43,247 bases of DNA from Elusimicrobiota bacterium (GCA_018829985.1 JAHJSU010000251.1:1-43247), one strand, 5' to 3'. Counted from the stretch's first letter, positions 26,276 through 37,161 are shown. The notes: a model not told the origin generated them from the letters alone. Translations and numbers: made by a program.

Positions 26276-27301
26276 ATGACCAGTAAAGACGACATATTAT
26301 CCGCGAAGCCCACGGGCGAAGAGCTTAAATATATGGACGCGAGCCTGAGACCCCGGAATCTCGGAGAATTCGTGGGACAGGATAAGCTCAAAGACAATCT
26401 GCGTGTTTTTATAGACGCCGCTAAAGGCAGGAAAGAGCCGCTTGACCATTGTCTTTTCTATTCCCCCCCGGGCCTGGGAAAAACCACGCTCGCGCATATC
26501 CTGGCCGTGGAAATGGGAGTGAACATTAAGATCACTTCGGGGCCGGTCCTGACCAAGCCCGGCGATCTGGCCGCCATGCTCACCACGGAACTGGCCGAAG
26601 GCGACATCCTTTTTATAGACGAGATACACCGCCTAAACGCCGCGGTGGAAGAGGCCTTATACCCGGTAATGGAGGACTTTTTATTTTTTATAAGCACCGG
26701 AACCGGTCCCGGCTCCACTACGCTTAAACTGGCGGTGCCGCGGTTCACCCTGGCGGGCGCCACCACGAGAAGCGGGCTGCTGACCGGGCCGTTAAGGGAC
26801 CGCTTCGGCATAGTGTTCAACCTCGGCTTTTACTCGCAGTCCGACATAGAAAAAATACTGGCGCGGTCCGCCGGGATACTTAAAGCCGAGGCCAGGCCGG
26901 AGGGCTTAAGCCATATAGCCAGGCGCTCCCGCGGCACGCCCAGGATAGCCAACCGGCTCCTTAAGCGGGTCCGCGACTTCGCGCAGGTAAAGGCCGACGG
27001 CGTCATTACGCGGGAGGTTACGGTCGACGCCATGGATTCCCTTGAAATAGACCCGGAAGGCCTTGACCAGCTTGACCGCAGGCTTTTACTGACCATAGCC
27101 GAGAAATTCGGCGGCGGGCCCGTGGGCCTGGAAACGCTCGCCGTAAGCGTCAGCGAAGAAATAGACACTTTGACCGACGTAATAGAGCCTTACCTCATGC
27201 AGATCGGCTTTCTTCAGCGCACCGCCCGGGGCAGGACGCTGACCCCAAAAGCCTACAAGCACCTCGGGCTGAAGCCGCATCCGCAGGAAAAACTCTTTTA
27301 A
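26276..27301 (+). CDS. ruvB: Holliday junction branch migration DNA helicase RuvB
   Basis: SLRP...[58 protein letters not shown]. Confidence 0.97.
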   Translation: MTSKDDILSAKPTGEELKYMDASLRPRNLGEFVGQDKLKDNLRVFIDAAKGRKEPLDHCLFYSPPGLGKTTLAHILAVEMGVNIKITSGPVLTKPGDLAAMLTTELAEGDILFIDEIHRLNAAVEEALYPVMEDFLFFISTGTGPGSTTLKLAVPRFTLAGATTRSGLLTGPLRDRFGIVFNLGFYSQSDIEKILARSAGILKAEARPEGLSHIARRSRGTPRIANRLLKRVRDFAQVKADGVITREVTVDAMDSLEIDPEGLDQLDRRLLLTIAEKFGGGPVGLETLAVSVSEEIDTLTDVIEPYLMQIGFLQRTARGRTLTPKAYKHLGLKPHPQEKLF

Positions 27302-28437
27302 TGCTACGGTTTCTGGTCTCCGTCCTTCTCTCACTTTCCTTCCCCGCCTCGGCCGCGGATTCCGGCGACGGGAACGGCGCCGTCATAAGAGTGGCAATCG
27401 CCAGGAATACGCCGCGGTTCACGCTCAAGACCTCGAACAGGGTGTACGCGATCGAAATCAGAACCGGGCAGAAATACATGCTGCTTGAAAACTCCTCTTA
27501 CGAGATACGGTATATCGATCCTTCCCGGCTGGCGCTGGCGGGGACTACGCTTGAGTCCCCGGTAAAGCTCCTTTCCTCCGACGGCGGCGAGAAAGTGAAG
27601 CTTAACGGCCGCTTCTATAAAGGCGACATTTTCATTAAGACCGCGCCGGTCGAAAAGCTGGAGGTCATAGAACAGCTTTCCATTGAGGATTATCTTTGCG
27701 GAGTGCTGGGGGTGGAGATGAGCCCGGACTGGCCTCTTGAAGCGCTTAAGGCGCAGGCGGTGGCCTCGCGCACCTACGCCCTTAAGAACATAAATCCGAA
27801 AAAGGATTATGACCTCACGGACGGCGCGGAGATGCAGGTTTATAGCGGCGCCGCCGCCGTAAATTCAAGGATTATCAAAGCCGTAAATTCCACCAGGGGC
27901 GAAGTGCTCACCTATAAAAGGAAACTGATAACCGCTTTTTTTCACGCCTGCTGCGGCGGGCACACGACAAGCGCCGGCGCCGCGTGGAGCGGAGCCAGCA
28001 TTAAACCCCTGGCCGGCGTTAGGGACCCTTTTTGCTCGAATTCACGGCATTTCCGCTGGGATTTCTATATCACGGCCAGAGACCTGCTGGCTTTTATACA
28101 GAAACGCGGCTCCACGGCGCTGAAGATAAAAGGCGTGCGGATATATAAAAAGGACCGCTCCGGCCGCGCGCGGACTTTGCGGTTCACGACAGATGCCGGC
28201 TCCGTTACCGTTCCGGCTTCCGACCTGCGCAAACGCTTCGGCGCCTCCGACATAAGGAGCACGTTCATTACCCGCGTAACTCGGGCCGGCGGCGGCTATA
28301 AATTCAAAGGCAAAGGCTGGGGGCACGGCGTGGGCATGTGCCAGGACGGCGCCAGACAAATGGCGCTGAACGGCAAAAACTATAAAAGGATACTCAAACA
28401 CTATTATCCGGGCGCCGCAATAGACGATGTAAAATAA
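27301..28437 (+). CDS. SpoIID/LytB-domain lytic transglycosylase
   Basis: EDYLCGV..EM...WPLEALKAQAVASRTY, QVYSG, FHACCGG.T, G.GWGHGVGMCQ.GA...ILKHYYPG. Confidence 0.93.
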   Translation: MLRFLVSVLLSLSFPASAADSGDGNGAVIRVAIARNTPRFTLKTSNRVYAIEIRTGQKYMLLENSSYEIRYIDPSRLALAGTTLESPVKLLSSDGGEKVKLNGRFYKGDIFIKTAPVEKLEVIEQLSIEDYLCGVLGVEMSPDWPLEALKAQAVASRTYALKNINPKKDYDLTDGAEMQVYSGAAAVNSRIIKAVNSTRGEVLTYKRKLITAFFHACCGGHTTSAGAAWSGASIKPLAGVRDPFCSNSRHFRWDFYITARDLLAFIQKRGSTALKIKGVRIYKKDRSGRARTLRFTTDAGSVTVPASDLRKRFGASDIRSTFITRVTRAGGGYKFKGKGWGHGVGMCQDGARQMALNGKNYKRILKHYYPGAAIDDVK

Positions 28438-28440
28438 AAA

Positions 28441-28678
28441 ACAGCTGCTCAGCTATTAAACCATAGAACGCTGATAACGCTGATTTTTAGTAATTACTCA
28501 GCCACTAAGACACCAAGGCACAAAGAAAGTTTATGGATCAAACGGTTTATTGTCTGATTCCCTTCGTGTCTTTGTGACTTTGTGGCTGAGTAGTAACGAT
28601 TTTTATGATTAAACATGATCTGCGTCCATCACATTCATCTGCGTCATCTGCGTTCTGGTATTGCTGTTGAGTAGTTAC
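28441..28678. mobile_element. Older GTAAC-TIR MITE (cargo type F, AACGCAGAT-like units) interrupted by a nested type-A copy
   Basis: Degenerate left TIR ACAGCTGCTCAGC, right GTTGAGTAGTTAC, TSD AATAAAAA / AGTAAAAA. Arms gaacgctgataacgctgat ... atctgcgtcatctgcgttc. Confidence 0.75.
28490..28597 (+). mobile_element. GTAAC-TIR MITE, cargo type A, 108 bp (nested)
   Basis: GTAATTACTCAGCC...GGCTGAGTAGTAAC with perfect TSD GATTTTTA (28482-89 / 28598-605). Confidence 0.95.
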
Positions 28679-28692
28679 AGTAAAAACAAGAA

Positions 28693-29745
28693 ATGCCTAA
28701 TCGGAACTTATCGGAATTCTCAAAACTCGATATCGAACCGCTTATAGCCGCAAAACCGGCCGAGCCGCGAGACTCCTCGCGGCTTCTGGTCGTGGACCGG
28801 AAAAGCGGGACAATAACGCATAAAGCCTTCAGAGACCTGCCGGACCTCCTGGCGCCTTCCGACATCCTGGTTCTTAACCGAAGCAGGGTCTGGAAAGCCG
28901 GGCTCCCGGCCGCGCGGCCGGCCGGCGGGAAAACGGAACTGCTGCTTATGAAGCCCGCTGATCCGGGGCTGAAGGCCTGGAAAGCCCTGGCCCGCAAGAT
29001 CCGGCCGGGACAAAAACTTGTCTGCCGGGGAGGCGCCGAGGCCCAATGCCTGCGCCGGGAGCCGGACGGCAGTTTTCTTTTTGAATTTTCGGCGGCGCTC
29101 GACTCCGCCTACCTTGAAAAAAACGCCGAGGTCCCGCTTCCGGGATATATTTTGAAGGCCAGAAAAAAAGCCGGCTTCAAACCGGCTTCGGGCGAGGATG
29201 AGCGGCGCTATCAGACGGTGTTCGCGAGCGAGCCGGGTTCCATAGCGGCGCCCACCGCGGGTTTTCATTTCACCCCCGGTTTGATGGAAAGGCTGAAAGC
29301 CAGGGGCGTCAAGGCGGTTTATGTGACCCTTCATATAGGCTGGGGCACATTCAAACCCGTCAGAAGCGGCGATCCCGAACGCCATGTAATGCTGGGCGAG
29401 GATTGCTCCCTCTCCGGGGAAACGGCGGACGCAATTAACGCGGCAAAAAGAAGCGGTTCAAGGATAGTCGCCGTCGGCACTTCCTCTATGCGCGCGCTTG
29501 AGACCTTTGCCGGCGAAAACGGCCTGCTCGTTCCCGGCGCCGCGCTTGCGGAGCTTTTCATCCGCCCCGGACACCGGTTCAGGGCGGCGGACGCTTTCTG
29601 CACCAATCTGCACGTGCCCTCTTCCGCCCCCCTTTACATGACGGCCGCTTTCGCCGGCAGGGAACTGCTTTTCAGCGCCTACAGCCGCGCCGTGGAGAAT
29701 AAATACCGGTTTTACTCGTATGGCGACGCGATGCTGATTCTGTAG
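28693..29745 (+). CDS. queA: S-adenosylmethionine:tRNA ribosyltransferase-isomerase
   Basis: RDSSRLLV, LVLN.SRV, VPLPGYI, RYQTVFA, GSIAAPTAGFHFT, TLHIGWGTF, VAVGT, TNLH.P, YRFYSYGDAMLI. Confidence 0.96.
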   Translation: MPNRNLSEFSKLDIEPLIAAKPAEPRDSSRLLVVDRKSGTITHKAFRDLPDLLAPSDILVLNRSRVWKAGLPAARPAGGKTELLLMKPADPGLKAWKALARKIRPGQKLVCRGGAEAQCLRREPDGSFLFEFSAALDSAYLEKNAEVPLPGYILKARKKAGFKPASGEDERRYQTVFASEPGSIAAPTAGFHFTPGLMERLKARGVKAVYVTLHIGWGTFKPVRSGDPERHVMLGEDCSLSGETADAINAAKRSGSRIVAVGTSSMRALETFAGENGLLVPGAALAELFIRPGHRFRAADAFCTNLHVPSSAPLYMTAAFAGRELLFSAYSRAVENKYRFYSYGDAMLIL

Positions 29746-29769
29746 AGGATATTATTGCTGGTATGCCGG

Positions 29770-31022
<1,253 letters not shown>

Positions 31023-31112
31023 CCCGATACCATAGGAATTTCCTTTTTTGGTTGTTGCAGCGGCGGGATTACTATCCCGCAATCGGGGTTAAGGCATTTG
31101 CCGTAAAAAATT

Positions 31113-31121
31113 TGTTAGAAT
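31113..31121 (+). promoter_or_regulatory. Putative extended -10 promoter for yajC-secDF
   Basis: TGTTAGAAT immediately upstream of the MITE TSD. Confidence 0.45.
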
Positions 31122-31128
31122 ATTAAAC

Positions 31129-31236
31129 GTAACTATTCAGCCACTAAGACACCAAGGCACAAAGAAAGTTTATGGATCAAACGGTTTGTTGTCTGATTTC
31201 CTTCGTGTCTTTGTGACTTTGTGGCTGAGTAGTTAC
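31129..31236 (+). mobile_element. GTAAC-TIR MITE, cargo type A, 108 bp
   Basis: GTAACTATTCAGCC...GGCTGAGTAGTTAC with perfect TSD TATTAAAC (31121-28 / 31237-44). Confidence 0.95.
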
Positions 31237-31293
31237 TATTAAACAGTAAAATCCGGCAAGAGGTGATTTTGCCGGTTACATAAAGGAGCCGCG

Positions 31294-31566
31294 ATGAATC
31301 AGAACGCTTTAATGCAGTTCGTGCCGTTAATTATAATAATGTTCATATTTTATTTCCTGCTGATAAGGCCGCAGCAGAAACAGATGAAAGAAAGGAACGC
31401 CATGCTTGCGAACCTTAAAACCGGCGACAAGGTGCTTACCAACGGCGGGATTATCGGGCTGATCATCGGCATCAGGGAAGACGAACTGGAAGTGGAAATC
31501 GCCAAAAGCGTCAAAGTCACCATGGTAAGGTCCTCGGTGGCCGGCCTTGCAAATCAGAAAAAATAG
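31294..31566 (+). CDS. yajC: Preprotein translocase subunit YajC
   Basis: IFYFLLIRPQQKQ, LKTGDKVLTNGGIIG. AGGAG SD. Confidence 0.96.
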   Translation: MNQNALMQFVPLIIIMFIFYFLLIRPQQKQMKERNAMLANLKTGDKVLTNGGIIGLIIGIREDELEVEIAKSVKVTMVRSSVAGLANQKK

Positions 31567-31596
31567 TCACCGGCGGAGCCGCCTCTAAGGAGATTT

Positions 31597-33030
31597 ATGA
31601 ACACCTTGCACTGGAAATTAGGCCTTGCGCTGGGCCTCCTGATACTTTCGGTCTGGCTCCTGTACCCTACCGTGGAATGGTACACAAAGCCGGCGGATGA
31701 AAGGAGCAAGCTTGAAGCCATCAAAATGCGCCCCAAGAAACTGCTCAATCTGGGCCTGGATCTGCGGGGCGGCACCCACATGCTGCTGGAACTGGACGTC
31801 GAGAAACTTGATAAGAAAACGGATTTAGCCGACGCCCTTGCCCGCGCCATCGAGATCATCCGCAACAGAATAGACCAGTACGGCGTGGGGGAAACCCCCA
31901 TCTCCAGGCAGGGCGAACGCTGGATCTCCGTGGACCTGCCCGGCATCTCCAACACCGAAGAAGCTGAAGATCTTATAGGCAGGACCGCGCTGCTTGAATT
32001 CAGGCTGGTGAATACCAGTCCCGAAGCGGAGAATGCCCTGACCAGGGTCGCCGAACTTAACGAATCCCCTTTCGCCAAAGACGGCGCGCTTAACCCGGAA
32101 ATAGCCAAACTGATGCCGAAAGGCGCCCGGCTGTTCAGGGCCTCCAGCGACGAAGACGGCGCCCGGACGAAATATTATGTTCTGGAATCTACCGTCTCCA
32201 TCACCGGCGCCTATCTTGAAAACGCCAGGGTTCAGACCGACAATCAGTTCGGCACTCCCAATATCGCGTTCACCTTTAATAAGGAGGGCGGCAAGATTTT
32301 TGAGAGTTTTACCGGAAATAATGTCGGCAAATACCTCGCCATCGTGCTTGACGATGTGGTGCATTCCGCCCCGGTCATAAAATCCAGAATAGGCGGCGGC
32401 TCCGGGGTCATAGAAGGCTCTTTCACCATAGAGGAAGCCAGAAACCTTGCGATCGTGCTGCGCGCGGGCGCCCTGCCGGCCCCGGTGAGGATAATAGAAA
32501 AAAGAGTCGTCGGCCCCGATTTGGGAGAAGACTCCATCAAAAAAGGCCTGACCGCTTCCGTGGTCGGCTTTCTGGCGGTCGTCCTGTTCATGATGGTCTA
32601 TTACAAGGCCGGCGGCCTTGTCGCAAATATCGCCCTCGGCATGAACTTCGTGCTGCTGATAGCGGCAATGAGCTATTTCTCGGCCACGCTTACGCTGCCC
32701 GGCATAGCCGGCATGATCCTAAGCCTGGCGATGGCCATAGACGCGAACGTTCTTATCCTTGAGAGAATGCGCGAGGAACTGGCGTTGTCGAAGCCTATTC
32801 AGCTGATCATCCCTACCGCCTACGACAAAGCCTGGAGCGCGATCCTGGATTCCAACGTCACCACCTGGATAGCGGCCATTTTCCTGTTCCAGTTCGGTTC
32901 GGGTCCCGTCAAGGGCTTCGCCGTCACGCTTACCATCGGCCTGTTGTGCGGTATGTTCACTTCGGTATTTATCACCAGGGCCATTTATGAATTCTGGCTT
33001 ACTTCCAACCCCAAGGAGCTTAGCGTATGA
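31597..33030 (+). CDS. secD: Protein translocase subunit SecD
   Basis: LGLDLRGG, LAIVLD, LRAGALPAP, VGPDLG, TLTLPGIAG, DANVLILER, ILDSNVTT, GPVKGFA. Confidence 0.97.
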   Translation: MNTLHWKLGLALGLLILSVWLLYPTVEWYTKPADERSKLEAIKMRPKKLLNLGLDLRGGTHMLLELDVEKLDKKTDLADALARAIEIIRNRIDQYGVGETPISRQGERWISVDLPGISNTEEAEDLIGRTALLEFRLVNTSPEAENALTRVAELNESPFAKDGALNPEIAKLMPKGARLFRASSDEDGARTKYYVLESTVSITGAYLENARVQTDNQFGTPNIAFTFNKEGGKIFESFTGNNVGKYLAIVLDDVVHSAPVIKSRIGGGSGVIEGSFTIEEARNLAIVLRAGALPAPVRIIEKRVVGPDLGEDSIKKGLTASVVGFLAVVLFMMVYYKAGGLVANIALGMNFVLLIAAMSYFSATLTLPGIAGMILSLAMAIDANVLILERMREELALSKPIQLIIPTAYDKAWSAILDSNVTTWIAAIFLFQFGSGPVKGFAVTLTIGLLCGMFTSVFITRAIYEFWLTSNPKELSV

Positions 33031-33917
33031 TGATCCTCATCGGAAAGACAAATATCAATTTCATAGCTAAGCGGCACATATTTTTTGCCGTTTCAGGCCT
33101 CGCCCTGGCCGTGGGCATCGTTTCCGTGGCGGTCAAAGGCGCGAACCTGGGCCTTGATTTCACCGGCGGAACGCTTCTTCAGGTGAAGTTTGACAAGCCG
33201 ATAACCATTTCGGAGGTCAGGCGGGCCGTAAAAGCCGCCGGCATAGAAGCCGGCATTCAGACCTTTATCGGCCGGAACGCCTTCGCCTTAAAAGTCAAAG
33301 GCAGGCAGGAAAACGTTAATGAGATAGCCGATAAGCTCCTTCAGAGCCTTAAGTCCAATATCCAGGGCAATACTTTTTCGGAAGAAAGAAGGGATTATGT
33401 CGGGCCGGTGGTCGGCAGGGACCTTAGCAAGAAAGCCCTGTTCGCCATAATACTTTCCCTGTTCGGCATCATCATTTACGTGGCGTTCAGGTTCTCGAAC
33501 CCCGTCTGGGGCGCGGCGGGCGTTATCGCGCTGCTGCATGACGTGTTTGTGACCTTCGGCGCCATGTCCATAACCAACCGGGAAGTGGACCTGGTGGTCG
33601 TGGCGGCGCTTTTGACCATAGCCGGCTATTCCATCAACGACACGATAGTTATCTTCGACCGGATGCGCGAGAATATAAGAAAGTTTCCCAAAATGCTGCT
33701 CGGCGAGCTGATCAACGTCAGCGTCAACGAAACGCTCTCAAGGACCCTTATCACGAACATGTCGGTTCTGGGCATAGTGCTGATACTTTTCATATTCGGC
33801 GGCGACGTCATAAACAACTTCGCGTTCGCCATGCTGGTGGGCAGTATTGCCGGCACTTATTCCACCATAGCCATCTCCACCCCGCTGGTCTATCAGTGGG
33901 AGCGCCGGAGGAAGTAA
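33027..33917 (+). CDS. secF: Protein translocase subunit SecF
   Basis: LGLDFTGG, VGPVVG, ALLHD, GYSINDTIVIFDRMRE, TLSRT, GTYST. Confidence 0.97.
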   Translation: MMILIGKTNINFIAKRHIFFAVSGLALAVGIVSVAVKGANLGLDFTGGTLLQVKFDKPITISEVRRAVKAAGIEAGIQTFIGRNAFALKVKGRQENVNEIADKLLQSLKSNIQGNTFSEERRDYVGPVVGRDLSKKALFAIILSLFGIIIYVAFRFSNPVWGAAGVIALLHDVFVTFGAMSITNREVDLVVVAALLTIAGYSINDTIVIFDRMRENIRKFPKMLLGELINVSVNETLSRTLITNMSVLGIVLILFIFGGDVINNFAFAMLVGSIAGTYSTIAISTPLVYQWERRRK

Positions 33918-33924
33918 GCAGCCC

Positions 33925-34018
33925 GCTGGACAGCTAGACAGCGTGACAGCTGGACAGCTTTTTAAAGGAATTATAGACCTTATAGCTGCCCAGCCGTCTA
34001 GCTGCCTAGCCGTCTAGC
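33925..34018. repeat. Periodic palindrome (8-nt GCTGGACA/GCTAGACA units), no TIRs
   Basis: gctggacagctagacagcgtgacagctggacagc ... agctgcccagccgtctagctgcctagccgtctagc. Confidence 0.78.
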
Positions 34019-34039
34019 TTACCCACATATGGAGCGACA

Positions 34040-34750
34040 GTGCGCAAGATAAAAAAGTTCAAGATTCCCATCTACAGCTACGACATCTTGCGCAAGGCCA
34101 AAAAGCGTAAAATAGATCTGTTCGCTTTAGGGCTGTCCGCGCAGGAAAGCGCCAAAGAATATATAGCCTCGATTGCCGCCGCCATAGAGCCCGCCGTTGT
34201 TTTTGATTTCCTGGGACCGGAAGACCCGCTTGCCAAAGGTCCGGGGCCTCTTGAAGGCGGGGCGCTCACCCTGGGCGTCATCACTTTAGGCGCCGCTTTC
34301 GCGGACAAGCTAGGGGGCATTAAGGAACCCGGCCTTTTCAGGCTGGCGGAAACGGCCGCGCTGGTATTCGGCGACACGGGCCTTAAAGTCATAACCGAAC
34401 TTATAGCGCAGGAAACCGGAATGGAAGGCTTTGAACCCGGCGGCGCCGAGTACCTGTACGCCTGCCCGGAGCCTGAAGCGGAAAACCGGCCGGCGGCCTG
34501 CCCGCCTCCGCCAAACAGTCCGGCGGATCCGCCTCCGGCGGAAAGCGACCAACCGGCGCCGGTTTGCACACCCGGCAGACGGGCCGGCACGAACCCCGGG
34601 ATCATAGCGTCGGCATTAGCAAGGCTCCAGGCCGATAAAATAGGGGTCAGATTTGAGAACGGAGCGCTCAGCCCGAAATATTCCTTCCTTTTCGCCATCC
34701 CCTGGCTGTCCAGGAAAAAGAAGAAAATATCCGCCGCTCCCCGGAATTGA
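34040..34750 (+). CDS. Hypothetical protein, weakly resembling a stand-alone B12-dependent methionine synthase activation domain
   Basis: GTG start with GGAG SD; IEPAVVF, GVITLG, IGV....L.PKYS..FAI pattern; central Pro-rich insert. Confidence 0.6.
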   Translation: MRKIKKFKIPIYSYDILRKAKKRKIDLFALGLSAQESAKEYIASIAAAIEPAVVFDFLGPEDPLAKGPGPLEGGALTLGVITLGAAFADKLGGIKEPGLFRLAETAALVFGDTGLKVITELIAQETGMEGFEPGGAEYLYACPEPEAENRPAACPPPPNSPADPPPAESDQPAPVCTPGRRAGTNPGIIASALARLQADKIGVRFENGALSPKYSFLFAIPWLSRKKKKISAAPRN

Positions 34751-34865
34751 AAGGCTAAAGGATAAAGGCTGAAGGATGAAGGAAAAGATACAACGGTTTT
34801 TTCGCCCCTTAGCCTTTATCCCTAATCCTTTATCCTTCCCGAAAAATTCAATTGAATTTTTCGGG
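34751..34865. repeat. 7-nt periodic palindrome + perfect 28-bp P2 palindrome
   Basis: aaggctaaaggataaaggctgaaggatgaagg ... ccttagcctttatccctaatcctttatcctt; CCCGAAAAATTCAATTGAATTTTTCGGG at 34838-34865. Confidence 0.85.
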
Positions 34866-35534
34866 TTTATCCACCGCCTGGCGGCTCTGGCCGTGTGTCT
34901 TTACCTGAGGCTGGTGGGGTTTACTACTTCCATTAAGTTCCACGGCGCGTCCGTTCCTCCGCCTCAGGCTGACGCTGAAGCCGCGGAGGCCGCGCCCTCG
35001 GGAGTTGGGCAGGTCATATACGTCATCTGGCACTGCCAGCAGGCCTTCCTGATTTACGCCCATCGCGGCCGGGGCATAACCGCGCTGGCAAGCAGAAGCA
35101 GGGACGGGGAATATGCGGCGGAGCTGCTGAAGCGTTTCAATTATGTCCTGGTGCGCGGCTCCACCAGTTCCGGCGGCCTGCGGTCCCTGATCCAGCTTAT
35201 CCAATGCGCCCGGGACGGCCGCACGCTGGCCATCACGCCGGACGGCCCGAAGGGCCCGGCCCGCAAAGTGCAGAAAGGCGCGGTTTACCTGGCCCGGAAA
35301 ACGGGCCTGCCTGTAATAGCCATAGCCGGCGCTCTGACTAATAAGATTTCGGCCCGCTCCTGGGACCGGTTCCAGATACCCCTCCCGTTCGGCAAAGCCG
35401 TTATCGCCTATTCGGCGCCGTTTTACGTCGCGCAAGCGTCCAGCCTTGAAGAAAAGGCGGCGGAGCTTGAAAAGATCCTGAATGAAACCGAACTTAAGGC
35501 CGAAGAACTGCTTAAGGCCGGGAACAACAGTTGA
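34776..35534 (+). CDS. DUF374 / lysophospholipid acyltransferase-family protein
   Basis: IWH, ASRSRDGE, VRGSTS.GG, AITPDGPKGP, SWDRF.IPLPFGK. Start and stop both lie in repeat elements. Confidence 0.88.
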   Translation: MKEKIQRFFRPLAFIPNPLSFPKNSIEFFGFIHRLAALAVCLYLRLVGFTTSIKFHGASVPPPQADAEAAEAAPSGVGQVIYVIWHCQQAFLIYAHRGRGITALASRSRDGEYAAELLKRFNYVLVRGSTSSGGLRSLIQLIQCARDGRTLAITPDGPKGPARKVQKGAVYLARKTGLPVIAIAGALTNKISARSWDRFQIPLPFGKAVIAYSAPFYVAQASSLEEKAAELEKILNETELKAEELLKAGNNS

Positions 35535-35728
35535 TAAGTGGGGAACGGCAGGAGATAAAGTTGTTAGAGTAAATACTCTCTTACTTAGTTACTACTCAGC
35601 CACAAAGTCACAAAGACACGAAGGAAATCAGACAACAAACCGTTTGATCCATAAACTTTCTTTGTGCCTTGGTGTCTTAGTGGCTAGTTACCTTACTTAT
35701 CAACTTGTCAACCAGTCAAATTATCAAC
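35529..35728. repeat. 8-nt periodic palindrome interrupted by nested type-A MITE
   Basis: agttgataagtggggaacggcagg ... [MITE] ... cttatcaacttgtcaaccagtcaaattatcaact. Inverted sister of 15331-15402. Confidence 0.78.
35588..35691 (-). mobile_element. GTAAC-TIR MITE, cargo type A, 104 bp (4-bp deletion in one TIR)
   Basis: GTTACTACTCAGCC...GTGGCTAGTTAC with perfect TSD CTTACTTA (35580-87 / 35692-99). Confidence 0.93.
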
Positions 35729-35740
35729 TCCTGCGCTACT

Positions 35741-37123
35741 ATGGGAACGATCCTCTTTTTTTTCTACAACCTCCTTACCCCATTCATAGCATTGCTATAT
35801 CTCGTCTTTTTTATTTTTTCGCCGCGCCGGAGATTGTTGAGAAGTTTTCTTTCCGAACTGGGCGAAAGATTCGGGGTTTCCGGGGCGGCTCTGCCGGAGA
35901 AGCCGATCTGGCTTCACGCGGCGTCCGTGGGCGAAGCTAAAGCCGTTAAAAACCTGGCGGCAATCCTTAAGGAGAAATTCCCGGCGGCCGCCGTTATGAT
36001 AACCACCTCCACCTGGGCCGGACGGACGGAGGCGCTGAAACTCACCCCTCACGCGAGACTCTTGCCGCTTGATTTTTATCCGTTCATGAAAAAGTTCATA
36101 ACCAGGGCCAGGCCCGGGATACTGCTGATAGCCGAAACGGAGATCTGGCCCAATATGCTCGTCTGCGCGGCCGCGGCCGGGGTTAAAATCTGCATAATAA
36201 ACGGGCGCATGTCGCAAAAAACGCTCATCCTTTACCGGATCTTCTTTCCGCTGACGGCCAAAATCTTCTCGGGCGTGGAAAAGATACTCGCGGCTAGCGT
36301 CCCGGACGCCGCCAACTACGCCAAACTCCTGAAAGACGACTCAAAAGTCGCCGTCACCGGGAACATGAAATATGACGCACTGGATACCGGGCCGGATAAA
36401 CTTGAAGGGATAAACGTCTTTCTGAAAAAAATATCCTGGACGGGAAAAACCGTCTGGACCGCGGCCAGCACCCACCGGGGCGAAGAAGAAGCGATATTGG
36501 ACTCCTACCTGGCTCTCAAAAAAACCAGCCCCGGTTTAAAACTGGTCATTGTCCCCCGCCACCCGGAGCGGGCCGGGGAGACACGGGCGCTGCTGGCCCT
36601 TAAAAACATCCCCTTTATCGTCTGGAGCGATAGAGCTAGAGGGATGTTTCCATACTCCTCCCCCTTTATGGGGAAGGGCGAGGGTGGGGGCAGTCCCGAC
36701 TGCCTGCTGGTAGATGAAATTGGCTGGCTTATAAATTTCTATTCTCTTTCCGCCGCCGCGTTTGTGGGCGGGACGCTGGTGAACGTGGGCGGCCATAACC
36801 TGCTTGAACCGGCTTCTTTTTCAAAGCCGGTCCTGTTCGGACCTTATGTGCAGAACACCAGGGAAGCCGCTGAAATGCTTTTAAAAACGCGCGGCGGATT
36901 CATGGTTGAGGACGGAGAGGAATTGCGCGCGAGGCTCGCCGTCCTGCTGAAAGACCCCAAGCTCTTAAAAACCGCCGGCGGCAACGCCAAAAAAGCCCTT
37001 GAAAACCTCCAGGGCGCCACAGCCAAAACGATCGCGATAATAGAAAAATATGTAGCTGCTCAGCAGCAAGAAAACCACGGAGACACAGAGAACACAGAGA
37101 AACACGGAGGAAAAACTCCGTGA
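35741..37123 (+). CDS. waaA: 3-deoxy-D-manno-octulosonic-acid (Kdo) transferase
   Basis: IWLHAASVGE, PLD, ETEIWPN, INGRMS, TGNMKYD, ASTH.GEE, VPRHPER, FVGGTL..GGHN.LEPA, PVLFGP. ATG at 35741. Confidence 0.95.
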   Translation: MGTILFFFYNLLTPFIALLYLVFFIFSPRRRLLRSFLSELGERFGVSGAALPEKPIWLHAASVGEAKAVKNLAAILKEKFPAAAVMITTSTWAGRTEALKLTPHARLLPLDFYPFMKKFITRARPGILLIAETEIWPNMLVCAAAAGVKICIINGRMSQKTLILYRIFFPLTAKIFSGVEKILAASVPDAANYAKLLKDDSKVAVTGNMKYDALDTGPDKLEGINVFLKKISWTGKTVWTAASTHRGEEEAILDSYLALKKTSPGLKLVIVPRHPERAGETRALLALKNIPFIVWSDRARGMFPYSSPFMGKGEGGGSPDCLLVDEIGWLINFYSLSAAAFVGGTLVNVGGHNLLEPASFSKPVLFGPYVQNTREAAEMLLKTRGGFMVEDGEELRARLAVLLKDPKLLKTAGGNAKKALENLQGATAKTIAIIEKYVAAQQQENHGDTENTEKHGGKTP

Positions 37124-37161
37124 AACTCCGTGCTTTCTGTGCCTCTGTGGTGAGCAGTTAC
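37052..37161. mobile_element. GTAAC-TIR MITE, cargo type E (CACAGAG-type units), 110 bp, old
   Basis: GTAGCTGCTCAGC...GTGAGCAGTTAC; arms ccacggagacacagagaacacagag / ctccgtgctttctgtgcctctgtgg; TSD not recognisable. Confidence 0.72.

Noticed and set aside
35482-35940. 152-aa ORF (also 38248-38550, 15143-15394, 5982-6164)
   Set aside because: They run through MITE sequence and overlap real genes; shared peptides merely reflect the repeat.
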